Below, in pieces: positions 13,030-26,435 of a stretch of 64,000 bases of DNA. The stretch comes from Octopus sinensis (lineage: Eukaryota): assembly GCF_006345805.1 (NCBI RefSeq), contig NC_043006.1:96472001-96536000 (forward strand), in the 5' to 3' direction. The notes under the pieces are model-generated. The model ran no database searches. It worked only from the letters and a program-made list of their open reading frames with translations, and was not told where the DNA came from. Positions within the stretch are counted from its first letter, which is position 1, and every line of letters begins with the position of its first letter. Made by a program: the position numbers and the translations under genes.

Positions 13030-13260
13030 CGAAGTTTGCGAGCGCACGCTCATGGGCCCGGTTTCCCGGTTTCTATGGCGTATGTGTTCCCCGCAGCCAG
13101 TCCATCACAGCGTTACTCAGAAACAGGAAGAAAGAGTGAGAGATAGTTGGGGCGACAGGGAGTCGCCCCCCCCCCCCCTGCCGGAGCCTCGTGGAGCTTT
13201 AGATGTTTTCGTTCAATAAACACACATAACGCCCTTACCACTGGGCCATTGCGCCTCAAC
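13030..13260 (-). mobile_element. Composite of SINE family D tail and family E fragments
   Basis: Reverse complements of ccatagaaaccgggaaaccgggcccatgag (~24565) and gctccacgaggctccggc (~29947). Confidence 0.65.
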
Positions 13261-13274
13261 AACAACAATAATAA

Positions 13275-13495
13275 TAATCTTTTCTACTAAATGCACAAGG
13301 CCTGAAATTTGGTGAGGTGGGGTGGGTGGCGGTATTAGTCGGTTTGATCACCTCAATGTTATACAGGTACTTAAATTATCGAGTCCGAAAAGATGAAAGG
13401 CAAAGTCGACCTCGGCAGAATTTGAACTCCGAACGTGAAACGGACGAAATACCGCTAAGCATCTCGCTCGGCGTACTAATGATTCTGCCGGCTCC
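13275..13495 (-). mobile_element. SINE family B
   Basis: Reverse complement of the family B head and core. Confidence 0.75.
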
Positions 13496-13839
13496 CCGTA
13501 GACATACAAGTACCAGATTCAGTTTAGAACATAGATCCGATTCCAGGGTGTTTTCTTGGTGTGACGTATACACACACACACACACACACACACACGCAAA
13601 CGCACAAATAAATGTATACATGCACACGCACACATACTTATCTTGATTCACGAAGAAGCCATAAATTACAGAGCAAAAGAGACCGATGGAATAAGTATTA
13701 TCATTTTTTAAAAAAATGTTCGACTAAAGTCCTTCAAGGCGGTGCTACAGCATGGCCGCATTCAGATGAATGAAACAAGTTAAAGAATAAAAAATATATA
13801 TATATATATATATATATATCATTCATCATCATCATATAT

Positions 13840-14184
13840 ATATTGGGTCATCTCATAAATAATGCGATTTTTAATCTTTTATTTTTCAAAATTCAGATAA
13901 AGTTCTTTTTTGATATAAAATATACTCTCCTTTATTTTCTACAATGCTCTTCCATCTCATCTGGTAGACTTGCTAGACCCCTCTTCCAAATTCACTTGTC
14001 AGTGACGAAAATACACCTCCACTACTGTTCTGACCTCGTCTATAGAATTCATATTTTTTTCCGTTCAAATGATATTGAAGACTGCAAAATAAATGATAAT
14101 CAAATGGGGCAATGTCCGGTGAATTGAAACTGCTCCAGCCTTTGGAATGTCATCTTCGCTGTATGTGGCCAAGCATTTTCCTGA
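13840..14184 (-). mobile_element. mariner-type transposase C-terminal remnant with terminal inverted repeat
   Basis: YSEDDIPKA resembles the YSPDLAPSD motif. The terminus tattgggtcatctcataaataatgcg is mariner-like. Runs into the N gap. Confidence 0.65.
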
Positions 14185-14284
14185 NNNNNNNNNNNNNNNN
14201 NNNNNNNNNNNNNNNNNNNNNNNNNNNNNNNNNNNNNNNNNNNNNNNNNNNNNNNNNNNNNNNNNNNNNNNNNNNNNNNNNNNN
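14185..14284. other. Assembly gap (100 N)
   Basis: Run of N. Confidence 1.
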
Positions 14285-14312
14285 CAGCAGTTGCTGCTGC
14301 TGTTGCCGCTGG

Positions 14313-14368
<56 letters not shown>

Positions 14369-14371
14369 GTA

Positions 14372-14413
<42 letters not shown>

Positions 14414-14680
14414 GTGGTGATGATGATGATGACGACGATGATGATGGTGGTGGTGGTGGTGGTGGTGGTCATAGAAATGGTGACGATGATGATGGTGATA
14501 TGCGCGGTGGTCGTGCTGACGATGCTGGCGATGAATGGCGTTGTTGGGGTAAAGTAGTGAGTGGTGTTTGTGGTGAGGTGAGTTGTTAGATAAGCAAAAA
14601 AAAAAAATAGAATGGTGAGAAATTTGAACTTGAAGGGCGGTGGCGGTGGTGGTGGTGGTGGTGGTGGTTAACAAAGTGTA
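14285..14680. repeat. (GAT)n/(GGT)n trinucleotide microsatellites
   Basis: Directly visible; source of the poly-Met and poly-His ORFs. Confidence 0.9.
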
Positions 14681-14782
14681 ATGAAAATGTTGATAGAGAA
14701 TGTAAGCAGGTTTGGGTATGGGGTGGAGTAAACGAACCACACATGTACAAATATGCATATATACATGCATATATACATATTA

Positions 14783-14827
<45 letters not shown>

Positions 14828-15059
14828 TACATATATGTATATATGTACATATTTGCTTATGTATATGTGAGTGTATATAACCATACATCCTTTTACTTTC
14901 ATTTGACTGCGGCCATGCTGCAGCATCGCCTTGAGGGGTTTTAGTCGAACAAATCGATCCTAGGACTTAATATTTTCCTTTAAGTCCCTTTTGCGAAACC
15001 TGATTGTCAAACCGCCATGGGTTGACAAACACTGACACAGACACAGACACACACACACG

Positions 15060-15141
<82 letters not shown>

Positions 15142-15629
15142 CATAAATACATGCCTGTAAAAATTTAGGGTTAATTTCTGTGGCTTTGGAGTATTTTTTG
15201 ACTCCTATTTTTAGCAAAGCTGGCGCATCTAAGTGCCCTTGTTATATATAATTCTTACTCATATATATATTAATTTTGCCAATACGGTTATATTCTTATC
15301 ACTCATGAGAAGTGACTATACTTTTAAATTGAATTGTTTTTCGATTAAATTTAAATTTAATTGTAATTCGAATTGAAGTTATAGTCACGAAACCTACGTA
15401 GTATTTTCACTTATTATATATTGTTTATTCATTTTATGGTACTTTTTGTGATCTAGTTATATTTTTATGATATATTTCATTTTTTCTTTATGATTTGGTT
15501 TATGCCTAACATTGTTTGAATTACATAATAGTAGTTTTTCTCTAGTATATGTATATTATATATTTATATAGTGAAATTTGATTTAATACTAAACTGAACT
15601 TTTCCCTGTAAGTTTGGAATTATACTCAC

Positions 15630-15671
<42 letters not shown>

Positions 15672-16119
15672 TATGCAGCCGCAAAACACACATATACATA
15701 CAGATACACACTCATGCTCACACAAGTGAATGAACGATGAAAGTAGCACTCAACATATTTGCGTGGAGTTGTATGTATTTAATACCAGTTGGATGATATA
15801 TATGTGATTAGGTGATCGATCAGACTATTGAATATACACCGCCGGTCACAATGAGATTTGCATCGTTTTAGCTTTCGAATAATGCAGCTCTTGCGGTCTA
15901 GGCGAGCAGGTCAACAATCCTCGATCGGAAGACTAGGCCGTCGCAGAGTGAAGTATTATGTTGAAGAACACAACGTGCAGCTTTCTGAGAATCGAAACTG
16001 CGATCTATTGAGTGCGAGTGCAACCCGCTTAACCCCAAGGCCACACGGCTTCACATATTTAAATGTGTGTGTGTGTATGTGTCTGTGTATGTATGTATGT
16101 ATGTATGTATGTATGTATG

Positions 16120-16172
<53 letters not shown>

Positions 16173-16421
16173 ATATATATATATATCTGTAAAATAATAT
16201 GTGATAACCGAAGAGATGGTGTTGTGGATTTCCACTTCGGCATCTGAAACTCGAGTTTCATCATGGCTACCGAATAATTGTCACATATTACATTTACAGA
16301 TAAATTCTCTATTAACATAATATCGAGGTCCCTTTCATTCTTTTGTTGTCTTACCATTTCTATCAAAATACACACACACACACACACACCAACACATACT
16401 CACACACATACACAAACATAT

Positions 16422-16472
<51 letters not shown>

Positions 16473-16871
16473 GCTGTAAAATCTTCACAAATAATTTGTG
16501 AAAATCTTGAAGCTTTAATAAAAGTATACTACTCTACCTTCGGTTATTCGAGTATTATTTTTACCACCTTGTTTTGCATTAATATGATTACTCATGTGTG
16601 TGTGTGTGTGTGAGTGTGTGTGTATGTGTGTGTGTATGTATATATGTATATATATATATATTTATACCCATAGACAATTATATATATTTATATGTATGTA
16701 CATACTTTGATATATTTGTATGTGTATGTTATATGTGTATGTATATATATGTACATATCTGTATATATGTATATGTACATATAATTATTCTTTTATATGT
16801 ACATATATATGTGTGTGTTAAAAGAGAAAGAAAGTAGATAGAGTGTGTGTATGAGAGAGAGATAGACAGAC

Positions 16872-16977
<106 letters not shown>

Positions 16978-17489
16978 GAAGAGAGAGTGAGAGAGAGAGA
17001 GAGAGTGAGAGAGTGTGTGTGAGAGAGAGAGAGAGAGAAAATCAGACAGACAAACATCCAGATATGGGTGAAGAGGTGGAACGGTAAAAGGAGAAATAAA
17101 AAGCCAACGTGGTTAGAATTATAAAAGAGGGAAAATAGCGAAAGATAGATTTTCAAAGAAACGTCTGCTCACACAGATTTTCACTTTTTTCCTTTTATCA
17201 TTTTCTATATTTTTCCCTTCTTTTTCTTCGCATTGTGTATATTTTCGTTTCGTTTTTATTTTAAACCATTGTTTTTTTTTCATTATTTTCAGATTTTTGT
17301 TTTTTTTTTACATTTGTGTACATTTTTTCGATTACATTTTTAATACATATTTCCACCATTTTGGCTATTTTTTCTTCTTCATTTTAACTTTTTATTCTAC
17401 TTTGGTTGAGTATTCCACCATTACCCAACCTCACTCACCTTCCCCTCTTCCCGTTTTGTTGTCTCCCTTTATTTCCGGTCGAATTAGGT

Positions 17490-18270
<781 letters not shown>

Positions 18271-18892
18271 ACCTCTGTCGCCATCTACCGTTCAGTGTGA
18301 GAAGAATACTGTGGTGGCAAAGAGCTGCTCTTAACACGAATGATGGGATTGCAAATATTCCATTTTTTCTTCTCCGTTTCTTGCTTACTTTGGTCTGTTT
18401 CAATTTTCTTTTTTATATTTCGTTTCCCACACAACCAATGTTTATTTTTTTTACTCTTCTTCTTTATCGATTTTACCACCACCACCGCCTTCCTCATCAT
18501 CATAATCATCATAAATATCATCATTATCATTCTCACCGCCGCCGCCGCTTCCACCATCATCATCATCATCACGAACAACAATAACAACAACTAAACTTCC
18601 GCCTCCGGCAACACCGCCATCATCGTCGTTGTCGTTGTTTAGTTCGTCGTCGAAAAAATTAATCAGTTGGTTTCATCGACTACAATTTATTTCAAGTTCT
18701 TTATTAAGAGACATGACTTTAAAATAATATATTATGTGTTGCCTTGAGACAAGAGAAGAGAAGCGCAAACATACATTCAAACATACATACACACATAATA
18801 CAAATATGCACACAAAATAACCGGAAGAGAAAGGTTGCGCGAAAACAGTATAAAAGCACACACAGCGAAATCATAATAGAATAGCACAAATA

Positions 18893-19270
18893 TAGGTGCA
18901 AGCGTGGCTGCGTGGTAAGAAGCTGCGTCCCAACCACATGGTTCAGTGTTCAGTCCCACTGTGTGGCTCTTTGTGCAAGTGTCTTCTAATATAGGCTCGG
19001 GCTTGTGAGTGGATTTGGTAGAGGGAGACTAAAAAAGCCAGCATTATAAATGTGTGTGTGTTTGTGTTTGTGTGTGTTTGTGTCTGTGTTTGTCCTCTCA
19101 TCGCTTGAAAACTGGTGTTGGTGTGTATACGTTTACGTACCCGTAAATTGGCGGTTCGGCAAAAAAACAAAAACAAACTTATGTTGATATATTCGGCTAA
19201 AAATTCTCTAAGGCGGTGCCCCAGCATGGCCATAGTTTAATGACTGAAACAAGTAAGGGATAAAAGATAA
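18893..19270 (+). mobile_element. SINE family A
   Basis: Head and tail match other copies. Confidence 0.8.
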
Positions 19271-19609
19271 AAGATATATGGAATGCTAACTTCCAAAATA
19301 CTACACTAGTTGGTTCTAGATTGTATTTAAATAAGAATGTGTAGTGCCTTAGTGGCTCATCTTAATGCACAGGAGAAAGGAACTCTTGCCATGTTACTCT
19401 TGGTCAGTCGGGTGGCTCGAGATCTGTGAGGGTCCTTGGTTGCTCCTGAGTGCTATGACATTTCCCCACTATTGGGGAATTTATATGTTATATTGTTTTT
19501 GCAAATCGTTGTTCTTTTTTTTTTAGACCTTATGTAAATCCCCGCTGTCCTTTGTCTTCGTACTTTCCTAAATATCATTTTGGCCAATAAAGAATTGAAT
19601 TCATTATTA

Positions 19610-20200
19610 TTTCGAATAGCTGCTGTCGTGTTTGGGACGGATGCGTCTATTAGCTGAGTCCATAGTGATGATTACCTCATGGCCCGCCTTTAATAGGGAA
19701 GGGGAGGCAGTTTTCCTTTGCCTTGAGTCTCTGGTGAAATAGGTTGTCTGGTGGAAGAAGTTTAAAGGCATTAGGACAGATACATTTCTCTCTGGTCGAG
19801 GCCTCATCGACAGTTTGAAGTTTCTCTTGGAAAGGAAAGTGAGGAAGGTGCTGTCCTCAAGTGAATTTTTTGAAAGGTGGGCAAATGTTGCGAAAATGGC
19901 AAGAGTAGATGGTACCGCTCCAAGTGTAGACCTGTGAGACGGGGAAAAGGAATTGGAGAGGGTACTTGCCCTTGGTGTTCAAGGGATCTTGGACGGGGGC
20001 GATTTACGATTATCCCTAAAAGTTCTAATATGTCAGAAAGACCACATCACTACCATCTCTTCTCTTTTTATAGTTGTATACTACGTATACTTCCCTCCTT
20101 TGTTTTATTGTATACCGTGAATACCTTCACTTTTTTAAAATCAGTATATGTCTGTCTTTGTATTGTCCTCCTCATTCTTTGCCCTGGTGGCAAATAAAAG
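19610..20200 (+). mobile_element. 3' end of Tx1/L1-like LINE (ORF2 C-terminus plus UTR)
   Basis: ...KVLSSSEFFERWANVAKMARVDG..., homologous to 20215-20830 and 53158-53748. UTR ends aataaaagaaac. Confidence 0.6.
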
Positions 20201-20214
20201 AAACAATCATTATT

Positions 20215-20830
20215 ATCACCGTTAATAGATGCTGTCACGTGTGGGACTGATCCGTCTGTCAGCCGAGTCAGTGGTGATGATTACACCGCTGCCCTCCTTC
20301 AATCGGGCAGGCATTGCAGTTTCCATTTGCCTGGTGGCTAAGGCGAATGAGGTTGTTTGATGGACAAAGCATAAGGATAGATACATTCCTCTTTAGTAGA
20401 GCTCTTATTCACTTCTTCAGCTTTCACCTGAAAAATAAATTGGGGGTGGAGAAGGAATTACTGTTCTCGAATGAGTTTATTGAAAGGTGGGTGAAATTTG
20501 TGAAAAAGGCAAGAGTAGATTGGAGCTCTCTAAGCGTAGACCTGTGAATTGAAGAGAAGGAATTGTAGAGGTCACTTGCTCTTGGTGTACAGGGAAATCT
20601 CGGACCGTGAGGTTCCTCGATTATCCCCAGAGGTCCTCCTGTATCAGGAGGGTTACATCTCTATCATCCTCTCCCCTTTTTTAAACATTTGCATACTATG
20701 TATATTTCCCTTTCTTTTCATTGTATACCGAGTATACTTACTTTTTTATTCTTAATAATTATTTTAACATTTCATTATATGTAAACCATTATACTTTATG
20801 TCTGTCTATGTATTGTTCCCTTATTTGTTC
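20215..20830 (+). mobile_element. Second diverged Tx1/L1-like 3' end
   Basis: ORF 20314-20547 ends ...EFIERWVKFVKKARVDWSSLSVDL, similar to the preceding copy. Confidence 0.6.
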
Positions 20831-20839
20831 CATGTACTT

Positions 20840-21035
20840 CTCAAGACTTTTACTCACTGTTCCCAGGGCTCAGACAATTATTGGTGCTACTACCACCTTT
20901 CTCATCAACCACAACTGCTTAACCTCCCAAGCTAACCTGTCATATCTATCGACTTTTCTTTCTTCCTTATCGCATACCTTGTCAGCTGGGCATGCTCCAG
21001 CACAGTTTGCTTTCTTTCCCATTTAACACTATGTC
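20840..21035 (+). mobile_element. Possible Penelope-like element fragment (region leading into GIY-YIG)
   Basis: TTTFLINHNCLTSQANLSY resembles the F.I...FTC.S.NL.Y segment of PLE endonucleases; heavily decayed. Confidence 0.4.
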
Positions 21036-21039
21036 TGGC

Positions 21040-22115
21040 TTCCTATTCTCAATCTCATGGTTGCACTGAATCATATAAGCCCACAGGATCTTTGCATAGT
21101 CATTTTCGATGATGCCTTCGGGTTTGTGGTCTTACCAATTTTTTGCTCTGTCAAGTTCATACTTGTTGCAAAGTGTCCAATGGACAAGCCTTGCTATATT
21201 GTCGTGGCGTCTCTTATTCCTTCTGGGCTAGTGGTGTACATTGGCTGGTAATATGCCATACGGTTTCACAATTTTGTTCACAGATTCTGCACTTATCACT
21301 TTCTGATATGATGTCAATTCTATATTTTAAATAGTTTGTTCTTAGTGCTTGCTCTTGGGCAGCACAAAGTGGAGCCTCCGTTTCCGGTTTTAAATCACTT
21401 TTAGTCATCCACAGCCACCTTTTTTCTCTGTCTGTCGTATCTCCAACATCCCTATGAAATTGTCCATGCATTCTTTTCTTTACCCACCTATTTTCAGTTT
21501 CATTAGTTTTCAATTTCTTGTATAGTGTTTTAACTTTGCAATATTCCATTCTACACAAGCCTGACCTTCTTACTTCTAATAATAGTAGCTCTGTGGCATT
21601 TTTACATACTTCTGCTCTAATACTGTGTTAACATCCAATAAGTCCTCTTCCCCTCCTTTTTCTTGGTATATACAGTCTGTCTGTATCACTTTTGGGGTGG
21701 AGTGGCCCATAACTAGCTAGCAACTTCCTTGTCTTTCTGTCTAAGCTTTTTAGTTCGTCTACTGTCCATGCGATTACCCCTGCTCCATATCTAAGTTGTG
21801 AAACCACCCAGGTGTTGATAGCTTCAATCTTATTCCGTCCGTGTTATTTCGACTTAAGGATGAGTCTCAGTCTGCTCAAGTACTCCACCTTAAATTTTTA
21901 TGTAATTTCTTTTCCATCAATTTATCAGTTTCCAAAATCTCCAAGTACTTATAGCCCGTCTCTTCTATCTGCTTCATAACCTCCCCCGACGGTAACGTTA
22001 GCCCTCTATACATTTGATTTTACCTCTCTTCAAGACTAACACACCACACTTTCTCAGTCCGAACGCCATTCTGATATCAGCACTGAAGATATATACCGTA
22101 TCAACCAGGGAACTG
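21040..22115 (-). mobile_element. R4/Dong-clade non-LTR retrotransposon fragment (RT C-terminus, thumb, CCHC knuckle)
   Basis: Reconstructed FGLRKC, YKYL, DRLYIPRKGGGRGL, HGQF, AAQEQAL and CRICEQNCETVWHITSQC, followed by RRHD. Confidence 0.85.
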
Positions 22116-22183
22116 ATTGTTGTTGTTGATGTTGTTATTATTATTATTATTATTATCATTATTATTATTAATTGTTATTATTA

Positions 22184-22673
22184 TTGAGTGAGAGGGTAGC
22201 GCATGCCATCAAAGTGACACTGGGGTAAAATATACGAAGCCCAATATACCCATCATGACTACCCGTCTGATAAAGGTACACCAGGCACATGCATCACAAC
22301 CATATGTGCGCGACATGGTGATCTCATATCAAGATAAACAGCACATGACCTTGCAGGTGGGGCCCAGTTAGAATTTTCTTCAGGTTGAGTAGCCCATCCC
22401 GCTCAAAAGGTCCCTGAATAAGGGTTGTTTAAGGATGTTGAAAGAACCACCCATGTTTCCAGAGGTGAATTATTCAAACCCCAAAGAATCCCTCTCAACA
22501 CATGGCTATGATGCTCCCCCACTACTTCTGCTCGTGATCAGAGATGCACATATCGTCAGCCACTAAGGGACATGCTCAACTGGTTATGGTCAAACAACTG
22601 ACAAGCAAATCTGTGGTATTGAGCAGAATATTTGCTGTAGCCCATCTTTTATACCAAGACAAAACAATGTACA

Positions 22674-22674
<1 letters not shown>
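22184..22674 (-). mobile_element. Interspersed repeat family C
   Basis: Near identical to 9099-9598; (TTA)n on both flanks. Confidence 0.85.
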
Positions 22675-22719
<45 letters not shown>

Positions 22720-22794
22720 GTTGTTGTTGTTCTGTTGTTGTTGTTGTTGTTGTTATTATTATTATTATTATTATTATCATTATTAGTATTATTA

Positions 22795-23228
22795 CTCTCG
22801 GTTATTACCGGTTATTCTTTACTTGAACGCAGGCATCTTCAAATCGTTCCAGTAGGTTCCAAGTAGTGCCTTCTCCTGTGACTCAAGGAGACAATACCCT
22901 CCTTAGAATGCGAGCTGTACCCAACAATGCAGTCTTCTGGATCACCTCGGGCCTGACTGCAGTCCCAATATTCTTAATATATTTTTCAAAGACCTTGGAA
23001 ACTGTTCTTAATGCTCTAGTTACCACCGGTATCACCATTGCTTTCCTTATGTCCCATAACTTTCCAACAGTGGCTGGTATTTCTCAATCTTTTCTGTTTC
23101 CTTACATTTCACTCTCGAATCCCCTGGTATTGCAGCATCTATTGTCTTTACTTCCTTTTCATCTTTATAGATGAGCAGGATATCTGGTCGTCTCGCCTCT
23201 ACGACTTGGTCACACTGCATGTTAACAT
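22795..23228 (-). mobile_element. R4/Dong-clade 3' end with restriction-like endonuclease
   Basis: RRPDI...IDAAIPGD...EKIEKY (PD..D..K), then IQKTALLGTARILRRVL, UTR and (TAA)n tail. Confidence 0.85.
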
Positions 23229-23229
23229 C

Positions 23230-23465
23230 CCATATATATATATGTATGTGTGTGTATGTGTGTGTGTGTGTGTATTTTCCCCACTCAACATCGCTTGACA
23301 ACCGATGCTTGTGTGTTTACGTCCTCCGTAACTTAGCGGTTCCGCAAAAGAAAGTGATAAAACAAGTACTAGGCTTACAAGGAATAAGTCCTGAGGTCGA
23401 TTTGCTCGACTAAAGGTGATGCTCCAGCATGGCCGCAGTCAAATGACTGAAACAAGTAAAAGAAT
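23230..23465 (+). mobile_element. SINE family A, 3' part
   Basis: Tail motif matches other copies. Confidence 0.75.
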
Positions 23466-23487
23466 TACATGGTAATGACATCTGAAA

Positions 23488-23902
23488 AGGCGGCGAGCTG
23501 GCAGAAACGTTAGCACGCCGGACGAAATGCTTAGCGGTATTTCGTCTGCGTTACGTTGTGAGTTCAAATTCTGCCGAGGTCGACTTTGCCTTTCATCCTT
23601 TTGGGGTCGATAAATTAAGTACCAGTTACGCACTGGGGTCGATGTAATCGACTTAATACCTATGCCTGTCCTTGTTTGTCCCCTCTGTGTTTAGCCCCTT
23701 GTGGGTAATAAAGAAATAGGTATTTCGTCTGCGTTACGTTGTGAGTTCAAATTCTGCCGAGGTCGACTTTGCCTTTCATCCTTTCGGAGTCGATAAATTA
23801 AGTACCAGTTACGCACTGGGGTCGATGTAATCGACTTAATACCTATGTCTGTCCTTGTTTGTCCTCTCTGTGTTTAGCCCCTTGTGGGTAATAAAGAAAT
23901 AG
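23488..23902 (+). mobile_element. SINE family B with tandem duplication of its 3' ~183 bp
   Basis: ggtatttcgtctgcgttacg...aataaagaaatagg occurs twice head-to-tail. Confidence 0.85.
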
Positions 23903-24373
23903 GTAATGACGTGAAAGTCTCACACACACACACACACACAAACATATACACACACATGACAGTGGTCATTGCAGTGGTATCCTAGCAGCTGCTCTCATGA
24001 AACAACTAATGTAGTAATACACCTAAGCCATAGTTGTAATAACGCCGATCAGTATTTCTTTTGATGGCACTCAGCTCAATGCTGGAGGTACAGAAACAGC
24101 TAAGCGATGGTCAGAATGATACAGTTTAGTAATAGCTGAAATGGAACAACTCAGTATTGTTTTTAATGACACTGATGTATGCTGATTGTAATTAGACAAT
24201 GCTGTGAATTGATGTGGGAACATAATGGTGTAAGTAATGACATAACGGCTTATCGATAGATGTTAGTTGTAATGACACAGGTAAGCTGTGTTTGTATGAA
24301 ACATTTCATTGTTGATTGTAATGAGAACTTAGAACTTTCTGTAATGATACAGCTTAGTAAAACAGCTTAGTGT

Positions 24374-24630
24374 GGAGGCGCGTGGTTTAGTGGTTAGGGC
24401 GTCAGTATCATGATCGTAAGATTGTGTTTCGATTCCTGGATCGGGCGACGCGTTGTGTTCTTGAGCAAAACACTTCATTTCACGTTGCTCCAGTCCACTC
24501 AGCTGGCAAAAATGAGTAACGCTGCGATGGACTGGCGTCCTGTCCAACTGGGGAACACATACGCCATAGAAACCGGGAAACCGGGCCCATGAGCCTGGCT
24601 AGGCTTTAAAAGGGCGCATTTATTTTAATT
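24374..24630 (+). mobile_element. tRNA-derived SINE family D
   Basis: ggaggcgcgtggtttagtggttagggcg...gtttcgattcc head; gcgatggactggcgtcctgtcc central block. Confidence 0.8.
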
Positions 24631-24860
24631 TTAAACAGCTTAGTAATGACTCTAACAATTAAATTTTGTTGTTATTTAAATGAAAGATGTCAGTGCTGGT
24701 AGCCATATTGGCTCAGTTTCTTAATATTTATGCATAAATATACCGTGCTGGTCGTACTGAAATAGTTAAGTGGTTAAGTGGTGTTGCAATTACACAACAG
24801 AGATGTGATTGTAATGTAATAACTTGTAGTGACTGTTACAGTAAAACAAATTTCTGTTTA

Positions 24861-25064
24861 CAGGGTGCGGCAGAATTACCTCCCACATTTGAAAGGGTGA
24901 AAAAAGGACAGACACAACATATATGAAAAATTAATTTTACTGTTTTTTAAACAAAGGGTTACAGTCTTTGTTCTTTAGCTAAATGAAAACATCATTGGCA
25001 CTTGCATAAGTTCATTTGCATAAGTGAAAGTTTAAAATGTGGGAGGTATTTCAGCCGCACCCTG
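24861..25064. mobile_element. 204-bp Tc1/mariner-type MITE
   Basis: 30-bp TIRs (cagggtgcggcagaattacctcccacattt, 28/30 match), with TA on both sides. Confidence 0.9.
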
Positions 25065-25763
25065 TATGTAATGACAAAACTCATTAATGCTTGTAGATAC
25101 TCCTGCGTTTGCTGGAGTAATATACTCCATAAGTCGTGGCAATCAATCTTATCGGCAGTGAGAAAACTGACTTCACGTCCTTTCCTCTATCTATAGCCTT
25201 TTCTGCAAGCCAATCCGTGTGCTTAAAAGATACTTTCCAGCTTGTTCTGCTTGGCAGGATCGGTGTCCTTTTAGTCTTAATTCAAGTTCACGTACTGACA
25301 TTTAGTTCAGATATTTAGACCTATGATTCCCTGATCCCATTGCTCTTCTCTCCATCTATTGAAGTATTTTTGCTGATAACAATGCAGACTCGGTTGTATG
25401 CATTTGAGGCAGAACACGCATGGTTCACGCAAAACCTATTTTGAGAAAAAGAAGAAGAAATTGTATATTATAGAGATTACCACTTGGATATAAAAAAGCG
25501 GGAGGTAACGGTCCCATCAAGTATTTTATTATCATTATTGAATGGTTTCATTCTTTATTTTATATCTATGGCAGAATAGTTAGCTTGTCGCCCTGAGTTC
25601 AAATTCCATTAAGGTTGGCTTTGCTTTTCCTCCTTTCGGTATTGATATAATAGACTAACCTTCCGCAAAGGTTCAGTCCTTGTACCTATAATGCAAAGAA
25701 TTAATAATTCTTTGTATTTTACACCTAACCAAAAGCTAAAATATCCACGTGCACACACACACA

Positions 25764-25808
<45 letters not shown>

Positions 25809-26019
25809 ATATAAAAAAATATTCATATTTGTGTGAGTAAATAATTCATATCATAAACACACATACAACTACCCACACATATTTGGAAAAACGAAGTCTA
25901 TCACTTTTTAAGGATCAACTTACTCATAATCGTTATTAGTGTGTTTGTTTTTACACTTACTAAATTTGAATTTCGCTTCCCCCTCAAATACACTGTAAAA
26001 TTCAAAATAATGAAATAAT

Positions 26020-26435
26020 AGGCGCAGGAGTGGCTGTGTGGTAAATAGCTTGCTAACCAACCACATGGTTCCGTGTTCAGTCCCACTGCGTGGCATCTTG
26101 GGCAAGTGTCTTCTGCTATAGCCCCGGGCCGACCAATGCCTTGTGAGTGGATTTGGTAGACGGAAACTGAAAGAAGCCTGTCGTACATATGTGTATATAT
26201 ATAAGTGTGTGTGTATATGTTTCTGTGTCTGTTTTTGTCCCCCTAGCATTGCTTGACAACCGATGCTGGTGTATTTACGTCCCCGTAACTTAGCGGTTCG
26301 GCAAAAGAGACCGATAGAATAAGTACTGGGCTTACAAAGAATAAGTCCCGGGGTCGATTTGCTCGACTAAAGGCAGTGCTCCAGCATGGCCGCAGTCAAA
26401 TGACTGAAACAAGTAAAAGAGTAAAAAGAGAGTAA
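26020..26435 (+). mobile_element. SINE family A, full length
   Basis: Complete head, internal TA/TG repeat and tail. Confidence 0.9.
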
